From Eledone cirrhosa (lineage: Eukaryota), in NCBI GenBank assembly GCA_964016885.1, contig OZ024740.1, forward strand, positions 235,414,001 through 235,478,000: DNA of 64,000 nt, given 5' to 3'. Positions 12,448 to 25,699 of the stretch are shown here, piece after piece. The translations under genes were made by a program, and so were the position numbers. The number at the start of each line of letters is the position of its first letter. The first letter of the stretch is position 1. The notes under the pieces are model-generated. The model saw only the letters and a list, made by a program, of their open reading frames with translations, was not told where the DNA came from and did not search any database.

Positions 12448-13230
12448 ATGCACACAATGTAGGTCCTGGGTACACAAGAGATGTAGCGGGATAGCAGGCA
12501 AACTAACAGGTAGGGAGAAATATGTATGCAGTAGATGTACAGGGAAATTAGACAGTAGAAGTCGCACTGATAGACACATTTTTCAAATGCGAGAGGGCGC
12601 TATAGAAGTGGTGGATAGCTTCCGGTACCTAGGAGATCAGATTAGCATGGGAGGAGGGTGTTCCGAGGCCATAGTATCTAGAATAAGGACGGGTTGGAAG
12701 AAGTTTAGGGAGCTGCTTCCTCTGTTGACGAAGAAGGGTTTCTCCCTGCGTACGAAAGGCCGGTTGTATGATGCCTGTGTGAGGAGCGCGATGCTGCATG
12801 GTAGTGAGACATGGGCAGCAACCGCAGAAGATATGCGATGGCTGGAGAGAAATGAGGCAAGCATGCTCCGTTGGATGTGCAGTGTAAATGTGCGTGAACG
12901 ACCCAGCATAAATGTGTTTGAGAGAGAACTGTGTCTGAGAGGGATAGAATGTAGTGTACGGGAGAGGAGACTGAGGTGGTATGGACATGTGATGCGCATG
13001 GAGGATGACCGATGGGTGAAGAAGTGCCAGGAAATGCCAGTTGAAGGAAGACGTGGTAGAGGTAGACCACGAAAAACATGGGCGGAGGTGGTGAGAACAG
13101 ACCTCAGATCATTGAAGCTCATGGTGGAGATGACGAGGGACCGTGACGAGTGGAGAGATGCTGTGCTGAATAAGACCCGTCCCACCCTTGCAAGCAGGGA
13201 AAAGCGGACGTAAAATAATGATGATGATGA
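12448..13230 (+). mobile_element. RTE LINE lineage C copy 1 (3' fragment)
   Basis: ORF 12587-13213 FRYLGDQI...MLHGSETW...RLRWYGHV...[13 protein letters not shown], (GAT)n tail, near-identical to ~54020-54793. Confidence 0.92.
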
Positions 13231-13614
13231 TATATATATAATATATATATATAATATATATATATAATATATATATATAATATATATATATAATATATAT
13301 ATATAATATATATATATAATATATATATATAATATATATATATAATATATATATATGATATATATATATAATATATATATATGATATATATATATAATAT
13401 ATATATATAATATATATATATATAATATGTATATAATATATATATATATAATATATATATAATATATATATAATATGTATATATATAATATATATATATA
13501 ATATATATATATATAATATATATATAATATATATATATATATAATATATATATATAATATATATATATATAATATATATATATAATATATATATATATTA
13601 TATATATATAATAT

Positions 13615-13703
<89 letters not shown>

Positions 13704-14707
13704 TAATATATATATATATAATATATATATAATATATAATATATATATATAATATATATATATAATATATATATATAATATATATATATAATATATATAT
13801 ATAATATATATATAATATATATATATAATATATAATATATATATATAATATATATATATAATATATAATATATATAATATATAATATATATATATATATA
13901 TATAATATATAATATATATATATAATATATATATATAATATATATATATATAATATATATATATATAATATATATATATATAATATATATATATAATATA
14001 TAATATATATATATAATATATATATATAATATATATATATAATATATAATATATATATAATATATATATATAATATATATATATAATATATATATATAAT
14101 ATATAATATATAATATATATATATAATATATATATATAATATATATATATAATATATAATATATATATATAATATATATATATAATATATAATATATATA
14201 TATAATATATATATATAATATATATATATAATATATATATATAATATATATATATAATATATATATATAATATATATATATAATATATATATATAATATA
14301 TAATATATATATATAATATATATATATAATATATATATATAATATATATATATATAATATATATATATATAATATATATATATATAATATATATATATAT
14401 AATATATATATATATAATATATATATATATAATATATATATATATAATATATATATAATATATATATATATAATATATATATATATAATATATATATAAT
14501 ATATATANNNNNNNNNNNNNNNNNNNNNNNNNNNNNNNNNNNNNNNNNNNNNNNNNNNNNNNNNNNNNNNNNNNNNNNNNNNNNNNNNNNNNNNNNNNNN
14601 NNNNNNNNNNNNNNNNNNNNNNNNNNNNNNNNNNNNNNNNNNNNNNNNNNNNNNNNNNNNNNNNNNNNNNNNNNNNNNNNNNNNNNNNNNNNNNNNNNNN
14701 NNNNNNN

Positions 14708-14738
<31 letters not shown>

Positions 14739-14753
14739 TATATAATATATAAT

Positions 14754-14785
<32 letters not shown>

Positions 14786-14920
14786 ATATATATATATATA
14801 ATATATATATATATAATATATAATATATATATATATAATATATATATATATAATATATAATATATATATATAATATATATATATATATAATATATATATA
14901 TAATATATAATATATATATA
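13231..14920. repeat. Long compound (TA)n tract containing a 200-N assembly gap (14508-14707)
   Basis: Direct reading. Confidence 0.97.
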
Positions 14921-15238
14921 CCAGTTGCTTTCACTTCAATTTATTATAATAAATTTATAAATTTAGGAATTTATAAATTTACGGTTGGTTGGTGGCTGAG
15001 GTCACAGAATGTGTGACGAAAGAACTTTGACAATATATAAACAATCATCTGGTTGTGGAACCAACCAACCAGCCGGAAATTTATAAATTCCTAAATTTAT
15101 AAATTATAATAAATTGAAGTGAAAACAACTGGTGCGTGTGTATCTTATTGGCAACATGACCCTCCCAAAGTATAACAATATCGGTTTCAACACACGTTTT
15201 CAGATAAAGAATCTTGCTAAACAAATTCAGAAACGAAA
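14920..15238 (+). mobile_element. Fold-back mini-element (arms ~14920-14992 / ~15060-15133, right-hand tail)
   Basis: accagttgctttcacttcaatttattataat... is the reverse complement of ...attataataaattgaagtgaaaacaactggt; TA flanks. Confidence 0.75.
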
Positions 15239-16472
15239 TATATATATATAATATATATATATATAATATATATATATAATAGCTGCACTCCTGACAATTT
15301 CTTACGAATGAAACAGAACAGTTCTAGTCCCGTAGAACTCATTTTTATAATAATTGTTTCTACATTAGGGACAAGGCCAGCAATTATCCAGTGCATTACT
15401 GGTACTTTATTTTATCGACCCCGTAAGGATGAAAGGCAAATAATATATATATATATATATGTCTGTGTGTGTGTGTAAGAATGAAGAGAAAAAAACTATA
15501 GACACGGCTGTAAATGGAAGGCTAGAGAGATAGATATGACTTGACCGATATAGAGAAACTGGAAAACAAACGACGAGCAGATAGATAGATGTATGGACAA
15601 ACAGACATACGAATATGTATATAGATCTATGTATGAACGGACGTGTAGATAGATAGATAAACTGATAGATATATAGACTGATAGGCATATATAGATAAAC
15701 TGAGAGATATTTAGATAGATAGACAGACATATTGATAGATAGCTAGACAGAGAGAGAGAGAGAGAGAGAGGTGTACCGAGAAAGAGGGAGACATAGATAG
15801 ATCTGTGTATCAGAACTTGTGGGACGCGGATCTTTGGGGGTCCGTGACGGTAGTATTAGTACTCCGTGAGTTCGTTGAGTAGACTGGCTTTTTGTAAGCT
15901 TGAAATCCGTGGGAAAATTAATTTGAATGTACAAGGGTCCTTGGTAGAAGAGAAGTTGGGAACCAATGTGGTAGATGTATGGATAGACAGTTAAGTATAT
16001 AGATAGATTTTTAGATAGATTGATAGATAAACGTAGAAAGCTTGGTATACACGTACATCTTTAAATCACATTACATACATATACATTTATAAATGGTGCA
16101 ATTTGTTTACATGCATCGGCGATTCGGTTTCAAATTCTAGATGGAACCGCTTTCTTTACCCTGTTAAGGCATGAATGTGGCAACATTATATTTCTCACGC
16201 GAGTCATCACTTTATGAATGTTACATGTTTACATACATTGACGATATTGTATGTTGGAAACACACGCTCGCTCACATGTACTAGTGCACAACTAATGAAA
16301 TACATATATTATATGCATAGGTGTATGTTTACATCTAAACACAATATATTGCAATCAGAAAACACTCTTTCTCTCTCACATACACACACGTGTGTGAGGT
16401 AACTAACCGAAACCTCCGAGCTCACGGTCGATCCTCTACTTTTACTTTATATATATATATATAATTCACACT

Positions 16473-16628
16473 CAGAGTGGGATTTACGTATAAGCTAAAC
16501 AAGCTATAGCTTAGGGCCCCCACAGAAAAAACAGCGACAATTTGTCGCTGACATAGGTCATCTGGACATATAAAGGGCCCCATTATCTCAAATAGCTTAG
16601 GGCCTCATCAAATCTAAATCCGGCCCTG
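16473..16628. mobile_element. hAT-like MITE
   Basis: Ends cagagtgggattta / taaatccggccctg, internal tagcttagggcc motifs, degenerate 8-bp TSD ttcacact / ctcaaact. Confidence 0.55.
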
Positions 16629-18332
16629 CTCAAACTACATCGTATTCAGGACCAGGCATATATCATTTATATACACTCAAAACAACACATATTCTATGTT
16701 ATAATGAAGGAACGGTAAACAAACACTCATTTATACACACGCATACTTGCGATAGAAAGTATAATGTTGTTACACGCGCACGCACATTCAGAGTTGTATT
16801 GCACTAAAGAAGCACATAAACACGCACGTAAATCTGTATATAATACTTAGGAAATACACACAAGCACATATGAAATTAAAGGAAGAAACACACAAAAAGT
16901 TCACAGGTACAACCATACATAAAAAAACTCATATTTCGTCCTAAGAAAACACACACACGGAAAGAAACAGATACTCAAGAGTATATGATAGCATGCATGC
17001 ATGCAAACATACATACATACATATAAATATACATACACACACACACACACACCTGATGTATGTTGGTTGAAGAAACAATAGAGGCCAGGGTGTGCAGAAG
17101 TTACACCTACCTCAGCTACCCCGGGTGGCTGCCGGTGTCTGTTGTTGATCACAGTTAACTGACCACTGCACTAGCCACCCGATTTTCTTGTACACGGGTG
17201 GCTGTCCAAAACACTGTTCTGATATATACAACTGCCACCTCTACCACGCTGGATGGACTGGAGAGGGGGGGACACTTCACGTGCAGGCTGCTGCTGGTGG
17301 TGGTAGTGGTGTGTGGTGGTTGGTGGTAGTGATGGTGATTGGTGGTTGCGGTGACGGTAGGGAGGTGCCGGGGATGTGTATTGGTTAATGGGGTGTTGGG
17401 GGTGCGTGGTGACTAGGGTGGCGTTGAAGATGTGTGGTAACTATTGTAGGGGTGATGTAGTGTGGTGGAGCTGTCTCTAATAGCTGTTATAGTAGCGGTG
17501 TGGTGTATGGCGGCGATGGTGGCATTATTGGAGTATGGTGATAGTGGTTGTGGTGGCGAAGATAGTCTGTATCTGATGGTGGCGAAGATAGTGTGTGTGA
17601 TGGAGGGAATGTGAGGATGTAGTGTGTTGTTGGGGTGCTCTTAGTAGCGGTAATAGTGTTGCGGTGGTGGTGTAGAATGCCTCCAAACGGAGGAGGTTTG
17701 CAGGGAGGGGGTGGTGGTACTGTTCCTGGAAGTGGTTGCTCTTAAAATGACGAGTAGGATTGTGATGAAGATAGTGCTGGTAGCGGTAGAAGTAGTAGAT
17801 TAATGTAGCAGTGTAGGTAGCGGTTGCGCTGGCAACACATATGTTGATATTACTCGTATGTAATGTACGATTTAGGTTTTTATGTACAAGGCACCTAAAC
17901 TCCCCCCGCCCTCTCTCTCTCCCTCCCTCACTTTCTCTCTCTCTATATATATTATATAGATATATATATACACACACACACACATACTTTTGCTGGTTTC
18001 AATCATTACTCTGCGACCCCAGTATTTATTTTTTCAAGGCTGTTGCTTATTTCTTCGATCATCTTTTGTAGAACCTCTATATGGCAGGACATATACAGAT
18101 ACACGAACGTAAACACTTTAACTCACAAACATATATCAATATATATATATATATATGACGGGCTTCAGCTCCGCCAACGCAATTGTACATGCAATTGGTC
18201 AACACGGGGTTATACTAGGAGACACTCAAAGTACCACGCAGTAAGTCTGAACCCGAAACCACGTGGTTACGTAGCGGACGCCATATCAGCACAACAATGT
18301 TGCGCCTGCGTGTGTGTGTGCGTATCTACCTA

Positions 18333-18396
<64 letters not shown>

Positions 18397-18625
18397 GCAT
18401 TTAACTAACCCTGTATCTATCCAAAGAGCTATCTTTTTATCTAGTTATCCATCCACATATATCTCTAATTCTATGTATGTATGCATGCATGTAAGTATGC
18501 ATGCATGTAAGTATGCATGCATATATGGAAGTGTCTGCAACTCACTCTCTGTCTCTCTCTTCGACTATCTATTTATCTATCTTTCCATCTACTCCCCTCT
18601 CTCTCTACACACACATAAACACATC

Positions 18626-18693
<68 letters not shown>

Positions 18694-18918
18694 AACATAT
18701 ATTATTATTAATGTGCTATATAACCCACAAGTACATATGTATGTGTGTGCATACATACATTTATGTATCAGCTGTGCTTGGACGAGAAATAAAATTCTAA
18801 TTTCATTTTTAATATTCTGCAAGGCCAGCCGTAACTCGCTAGGTATGTAAATGTGGCTACTCAGCCGATGTGTGCTTAAGAAAATACTATATATTTTCAA
18901 CTATTCAACAGACTGGCA

Positions 18919-18973
18919 GAGGTATACAGTCCTGATGAAGGGTAATGACCCAGAAACATGTTGATTGTTCCTC
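18919..18973 (+). ncRNA. Minimal type I hammerhead ribozyme (PLE pLTR-type), degenerate
   Basis: gaggtatacagtc-CTGATGA-agggt aatg accca-GAAAC-atgtt-gattgttcctc. Palindromic stem III aacatgtt, stem I acagtc/gattgt plus gagg/cctc. Confidence 0.7.
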
Positions 18974-19460
18974 AAAGCCAGTGTTGAACAAACAGCTGAC
19001 CGGCATAGCTTCAAATCGGGCTCGTTTGTTTACAAACAAATCGAACATGGTTTATATCGGATCGGACATTTATAATAAGTACATATGTATATGTATATAT
19101 GTGTGTATGTATGTATGTATATATATATGTATAAATGTATGTGTGTGTGTATGTATATATATATGTATATGTATATGTGTGTGTGTGCGTGAGTGTTTGT
19201 GTGTGTATACATATATATATGTGTGTGTGTGTACGTGTGCATACTTACATTTCTGTATCAGCTGTGCTAGGGTGAGAAATAAAATTCTAATTTTGATATA
19301 TATATGCATGTGTGTATGTATATGTATGTGTGTGTATATGTATGTCAGACCTGCCAACCTCTAAAAACCCCAATGGGGAGTACCATGAAAAAAAGTGCCC
19401 CAAAGCGGGGAGAAATGAGGCAAAATAGGTCTAGTATATATATATATATATATATTTATA

Positions 19461-19597
19461 TATAATAACTAGAAATTGATTAACATATAAATAAACATGA
19501 ATAATCACAGGAGATAATTTTTACAAGAACGGCGCATGATATGGCGCATACCTTTCTGGCATGACACCCATAATTTTGATTATCTTAATTTTGGATA
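19461..19597 (+). mobile_element. Internally deleted copy of the 22499-23267 fold-back element
   Basis: 19461-19527 matches 22626-22692; 19537-19597 is the reverse complement of the tail at 22499-22578. Confidence 0.75.
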
Positions 19598-20196
19598 TAG
19601 ATATATATTTATATATATATGTATATGTATTATGCAAGGTCGCTCTGCAGCGTTCTTGGTAACATGTAATCCAGTACAACCTGTGTATGGTCGTGTCATT
19701 GGCGACTAAACCAGCAACTCCACGAACCCTGCTTGGTAAGGAGGGGGAATTTGGACACCCTGTGGGATGAAAAACAAAACCTGTCAAAGGGTGGGCGAAC
19801 TCAGGAGAGTCAAAAAGTTATTTATTTTTTATTCATTTTGTGGAGTAAAAGACTCCTAGTCTTCATTAAGACATCTCTTTAGGGGGAGGTCACTCTGATA
19901 TAAAACTTGCGACTTCATTTGCATCCAATGATGTAGACCAGTTCTTCTTTTGAGGTAAATGCATGCGATGTTCAGAGAGGGGGATTGGCCCCATGCAAAG
20001 CCTTTCCTCACTTAAAAAAGCTTCAAGCACAGGCTTTGCTTGATATGTGACATTTTTTGCGATGCATGATATTGCTGGCCCTAGGCAAGTCTCTCACAGG
20101 ACAAAAAAGCCACGTCCATGATGCTCATGTTTAAGTATCAAGCGATGGCACTACTCAAAATTGAATTGCAGCTATCAACCTCATATGTATGTATAT

Positions 20197-20452
20197 ATTC
20201 TATTCTATTCTAAGGCGGGTAAAATTCCCGAGATCCATGGACGAGTTCTCTCCAGCGGTCTCTGTCCCTAATTATCGCTGCCATGTCCTGCGTCTCCAAC
20301 AGACCAGTGTCTGTCCTTAGGGCATCAACATACGTTAACCTTCGTCTTCCTCTTCTAGTGTGTCCATGTAGGGGCTCCCACAGGACCACAGAGTGCAATG
20401 TCAACTCTGGATGTCGGTGAGCATGTCCAGCTAACCTCTGTCTCCTCTGTGT
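20197..20452 (-). mobile_element. RTE/RTEX-like LINE 3' fragment with (GAATA)n tail
   Basis: RRQRLAGHAHRHPE...VLWEP..G..RRGR...TYVD.L..DTG...DRDRWR. Confidence 0.75.
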
Positions 20453-20483
20453 CACTCTGTATCACTCTGTGTCACTCTGTATG

Positions 20484-20516
<33 letters not shown>

Positions 20517-20977
20517 ATATATATACATACACACACACATAAAATCAGGCTAGATATAGTTTAAAACCAGTTAGACCATTACTCAACAGAGTACTCGATA
20601 CTTGTGTGTGTGTGTTTATATATATGCATATGTATATATGAATGTGTATATATATGTGTATGTATACATTTGTGTATATGTATGTATATATACATACCTA
20701 CACCACTCTATTACCCACCAAAGACTGGCAGGGTTTATAGTAAAATGAATCCCTATGTAAGGAAGCTTGATTTTTGATTATCCCTACCTCCTACCTGTCA
20801 CTCAGGTCATTGCTATATTTCATTTTACAATCATTTATCCTAATGACAATCATTTATACTAATGACAATCATTTATACTAATGACAATCATTTTTTTCCA
20901 TATTTACAGTAATCATTATCTAATACATACTAACTTAATTACAATGACTTTTTTCTATCTATCTATCTATCTATATA

Positions 20978-21385
20978 TTAAAAAAGAAAATTTTCGCTCT
21001 ACATGGCTGAATACAATAAATGTAATCTGAGTTTTTCGAATATTAATAATAACATTCGATTGATCATCATCATCATCATCCTCGTTTAACGTCCACTTTC
21101 CACGCTAGCATGGGTTAGACAGGAGTTGTCCCACTTGAGGCAAGGTTGGTCGGGTGACAGTGTCTCGCTCATATAGGACTATCTGGCAGGTTTTCTACGG
21201 CTGGATGCCCTTCCTAACACCAACTATTCGTTTGCAATTATGATTCGTTTGCAATTATGCAAACAAGCCTCAATTTTATAGCCATGTCAGTAGAATGAAC
21301 CCTTCATTCTTGCTCTTGTGTTGGCATGTGAACACATAGAATCGAATGTTATTATTAATATTCGAAAAACTCAGATTACATTTAT
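20978..21385 (-). mobile_element. Fold-back mini-element (arms 21016-21061 / 21340-21385) interrupted by an RTE/SINE 3' tail (21063-21225)
   Basis: 46-bp inverted repeat ataaatgtaatctgagtttttcgaatattaataataacattcgatt, with simple-repeat flanks. Confidence 0.7.
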
Positions 21386-21429
21386 CTATATATTTATCTA
21401 TCTATCTTCAGTCTGCTATTGGGATTTGT

Positions 21430-21612
21430 GGTTTGGCAGTATCGGTAGAGCGTCAGACGCCATGCTTTGCAGCATAATTATGGCCTTTACGTTCCAAGTT
21501 CAAAACCCACCAAGGTTAACTTTACCTTTCATCCTTACGGTGTTGATAAAATAAAGTACCAGTAATGCACTGGGGTAATTGCTGGCCTTGTGCCTAAAGT
21601 AGAAACAATTAT
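21430..21612 (+). mobile_element. SINE family B (tRNA-like head; ctttcatccttacggggtcgataaaataaagtaccag body)
   Basis: Matches copies at 23282, 24378, 32051, 36893, 40190, 49605 and 62879. Confidence 0.8.
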
Positions 21613-21715
21613 TACTCACCAGATTCCTCGATACTTGGGTAGTAGATATGGTTATATGAAAAGTCAGGACCCCGACGGCTGAGCTCTTGCTGTTTCAACA
21701 GCTAGTTCCAAACTC

Positions 21716-21800
<85 letters not shown>

Positions 21801-21835
21801 AAACGGTGATGATGATGATGATGATGATGATGATA

Positions 21836-22108
21836 TATATTAATAAGAGGAATTCCAACTTTGTCTGATTTACTCGTTTTATTTACAATCCTTTAAAATT
21901 TATAATGGTATTATAAGGAAGTAGTATGATAGAATATTAAATGTTAAGTGTTAATTCAATTAACACTTAACATTTAATATTCTATCATACTATTTCATTA
22001 TAATACCATTATAAATTTTAAAGGATTGTAAATAAAACGAGTAAATCAGACAAAGTTGGAATTCCTCTTATTAATATAATCTTCTATACACAATCATACA
22101 CACCCGTG
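21836..22108 (+). mobile_element. Near-perfect 243-bp palindrome (21836-22078, centre 21957) with ~30-bp tail
   Basis: Arms read as reverse complements with a short mismatch patch; TA flanks. Confidence 0.85.
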
Positions 22109-22144
<36 letters not shown>

Positions 22145-22266
22145 ATGTAGGAGGTGAGTTTTATTGTAGTACAATAAAGCAATGCAGATATCGGATAAAT
22201 AACAATAAGTAACATTGAAATGCGCATAATAAAATACATGGAACTCTTTTAACCATCTTTTGTTCT

Positions 22267-22315
<49 letters not shown>

Positions 22316-22416
22316 GTTAGTTAGGTAGATGGTGTTCTTGTCAAAGATAGACACATAGGTGGTTAAACTACTGACCACTTCCCAAACAAATCTATCAGAA
22401 AATGATTGTCACGTGA

Positions 22417-22496
<80 letters not shown>

Positions 22497-22498
22497 AT

Positions 22499-23267
22499 AT
22501 CCAAAATTAAGATAACTCAAATGAATTTAATCTAAATCAAAATTATGGGTGTCATGCCAGAAAGACATGCGCCATATCACCCGCAAAATAAGCTCTAAGA
22601 TTCTAACGAGTAGGTCCGAGCATTTTATAATAACTAGAAATTGATTAACATATAAATAAACATGAATAATCACAGGAGATAATTTTTACAAGTGTGTAAC
22701 CACACATAGCTAGGTAGGTAACTAAATAAAGTTAACTAGAACTTCAAAAATAGATACCTTATAATATGATTAATCTTCCCTGTATATATTCCATTAAAGA
22801 AATATATTTCACCAATTAATCGGATGGTAAACCACGGAAGTGGAGACTTGGATTTTCAACAAGGAAGAAGTTCCAGTGATCCGTGTTTACACTTCAAGTT
22901 CAGCGACTGGCCAGCAACACGTGCTATATCTACTAGAAATACACACATCATACTAGCTTCGTCCCAGTGGCGTGAATAGGGTTATTGACAACTAGAAACA
23001 GCAGTCGAGTCCATTGAGTCCATTCTTCCTTGTTGAAAATCCAAGTCTCCACTTCCGTGGTTTACCATCCGATTAATTGGTGAAATATATTTCTTTAATG
23101 GAATATATACAGGGAAGATTAATCATATTATAAGGTATCTATTTTTGAAGTTCTGGTCAACTTTATTTAGTTACCTACCTAGCTATGTGTGGTTACACAC
23201 TTGTAAAAATTATCCCCTGTGATTATTCATGTTTATTTATATGTTAATCAATTTCTAGTCATTATAA
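22499..23267 (-). mobile_element. Fold-back element: 245-bp arms 22625-22869 / 23023-23267, 153-bp spacer, left tail 22499-22624
   Basis: Arms are near-exact reverse complements; (TA)n on both sides. Confidence 0.85.
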
Positions 23268-23281
23268 TAATATATATATAT

Positions 23282-23815
23282 AATTGTTTCTATATTAGGC
23301 ACAAGGCCAGCAATTACACAGTACCCATTACATGGAGGCACATGGCTTAGTGGTTAGAGCACTGGCCTTGCAATCGAAAGGTTGTGAGTTCAATTCTCAG
23401 ACCGGGTGATGTGTTGTTTCCTTGAGCAAGACACTTTATTTCACATTGCTCCAGTTTACTCAGCTGTAGAAATGAGATGATAGGCACTGGGTCCCTATCA
23501 TTCCACTGCAAAGTGGTCGTGGAGGTGCCACGGCAAAAAAGCACCCAGCACTCACTGTAAATGAGGTTGGTGTTAGGAAGGGCATCCAGCTGTAGAAATC
23601 ATACCAGAATCAGTTCCCGTCCCACTCTTGCTAGCAGGGAAAAGCAGACGTAAAATGATGATGAAAATGATGAAATGATTACTGGTACTTTATTTTATCG
23701 ACCCCCGTAAAGATGAAAGGCAAAGTTAACCCCGGCGGGATTTGAACTCAGATCATAAAGGGACGTAACTCTATGCTTCAAAGCATGGTGTCCGACTCTC
23801 TACCGATACTGCCAT
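23282..23815. mobile_element. SINE family B (-) with a full SINE family A (+, ~23333-23678) nested inside
   Basis: The B-family sequence breaks at ...cagtacccatta and resumes at actggtactttattttatcg. Confidence 0.8.
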
Positions 23816-23890
23816 CTTTACTCTTTTACTGGTTTCAATCAAGTTGGTGTATTGTCTTGATTTAGTTGATCATATTGACTAAATCAAGTT

Positions 23891-24144
23891 GATCATCATC
23901 ATCATCATCATCATCATCGTTTAACGTCCGTATTCCACGCTTGCATGGGTTTGGACGGGCGTTTTCTCACTTGAGGCAAGAGTAGTTGTCTTGCTTGCAT
24001 AGGACTGTCTGGCGGGTTTTCTACAGTTGGATGCCCTTCCTAACACCAACCACATTTACAGTGTGGGGCTGGGAGGTTTTTACCGTGTTGCCTACACGGC
24101 CACATTACAGCGTGGACTGTGTGTTTTTTTGTCGTGACACCTAC
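23891..24144 (-). mobile_element. 5'-truncated RTE lineage B 3' end with 24-bp TSD
   Basis: Matches 9667-9907; tgatcatattgactaaatcaagtt flanks both sides (~23867, ~24145). Confidence 0.8.
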
Positions 24145-24377
24145 TGATCATATTGACTAAATCAAGTTTTGTAATTATTTTATCAATGTGTTTTTTTGTC
24201 AAATTGCTAAGTTACGGACATAAACACACAGACACAGGCACAAATGTAAACATAGATATACACATAAATATATATAAATATATACCAAAGTGGTTGACTG
24301 AAGAAGAGTTGGGAAAATTTGAAATATCTATGTCCCAATGCAGATGACCCTAATAATAGTTGTGCTCCATAAATAAT

Positions 24378-24562
24378 TGTTTCTACTTTTGGCACAAGGC
24401 CAGCAATTACCCAGTACATTACTGGTACTTTATTTTATCGACCCCGTAAGGATGAAAGGCAAAGTTAACCTCGGCAGGATTTGAACACAGACCGTAAAGG
24501 GACGTAACTATGCTGGAAAGCATGGCGTCCGGCTCTCTACTGATACTGCCAATCCACCGCCC
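24378..24562 (-). mobile_element. SINE family B with 18-bp TSD
   Basis: ttgtgctccataaataat at 24360-24377 and 24563-24580. Confidence 0.88.
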
Positions 24563-24696
24563 TTGTGCTCCATAAATAATGGTTGAGAAAAAAGGATAAT
24601 GTACTCCTGGAGATGGAAAACTACCATTAGAAATTAAACTATTATTATGGTCATTTGCAATGGGAAACACATTATATATATATATATATATATAAG

Positions 24697-24731
<35 letters not shown>

Positions 24732-24845
24732 CTGATGGTAGCTAATAGGCATGTATGCATGCATCTGTGTATGAGTATGTTTATAGGTTTATATGTTCTC
24801 CTTAAATGTGTGTGTATAGCGGGAGTCTATGCGCACGACTATCGT

Positions 24846-24884
<39 letters not shown>

Positions 24885-25232
24885 GAACTACCAAACCCAG
24901 CAGTAATTCATTGAAGTGTGGCAGACAAGGAACAGCTGATAGTCAGCCGTGCGATACCTATTGGTCAGAATTTTAATGACGTAGACAACCAGCGGTCAAT
25001 ACCAGGACGCACGAAAAGGAAGAAGTTTTTGACGCTAACACCCCAGTGAAAGAATTTGCTCCGAAATCATTAGACGTGTCTGTGTCGAACCTGCGGATCC
25101 AGAATCAGACAGATGCACACAATGATCGTGTCTCGAGCTGTCCGCTGTCGAAATAATTGTAACACACAATAAATTGAGTTCAGATGCATCACTGATTATT
25201 CGTTTTATATTATAAGTATATATATATATATA

Positions 25233-25685
25233 TCATCATCATTTTACGTTCGCTTTTCCCTGCTTGCAAGGGTGGGACGGGAACTGATTCTGGCTTGATT
25301 TCTATAGCTGGATGCCCTTCCTAACACCAACCTCATTTACAGTGAGTGCGGGGTACTTTTTTGCCGTGGCACCTCCACGACCACTTTGCAGTGGTATGAT
25401 AGGGACCTCAGTCCCTATCATCTCATTTCTACAGCTGAGTAAACTGGAGCAATGTGAAATAAAGTGTCTTGCTCAAGGAAACAACACATCACCCGGTCTG
25501 AGAATTGAACTCACAACCTTTCGGTTGCAAGCCCAATGCTCTAACCACTAAGCCATGTGCCTCCATTAAAGTGTCTTGCTCAAGGAAACAACACATCACC
25601 CGGTCTGACACCCGGTCTGAGAATTGAACTCACAACCTTTCGATTGCAAGCCCAATGCTCTAACCACTAAGCCATGTGCCTTCAC
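25233..25685 (-). mobile_element. SINE family A (tRNA head, CORE-like domain, RTE-type tail) with duplicated head
   Basis: Two copies of aaagtgtcttgctcaagg...ctaaccactaagccatgtgcc; (GAT)n tail. Confidence 0.85.
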
Positions 25686-25699
25686 ATATATATATGTAT

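Noticed and set aside
22870-23110. Hammerhead in the large fold-back (gaaacagcagtc; acca..tggt-gaaa-tatat)
   Set aside because: No CUGA core or stem I could be placed, so it is not called.
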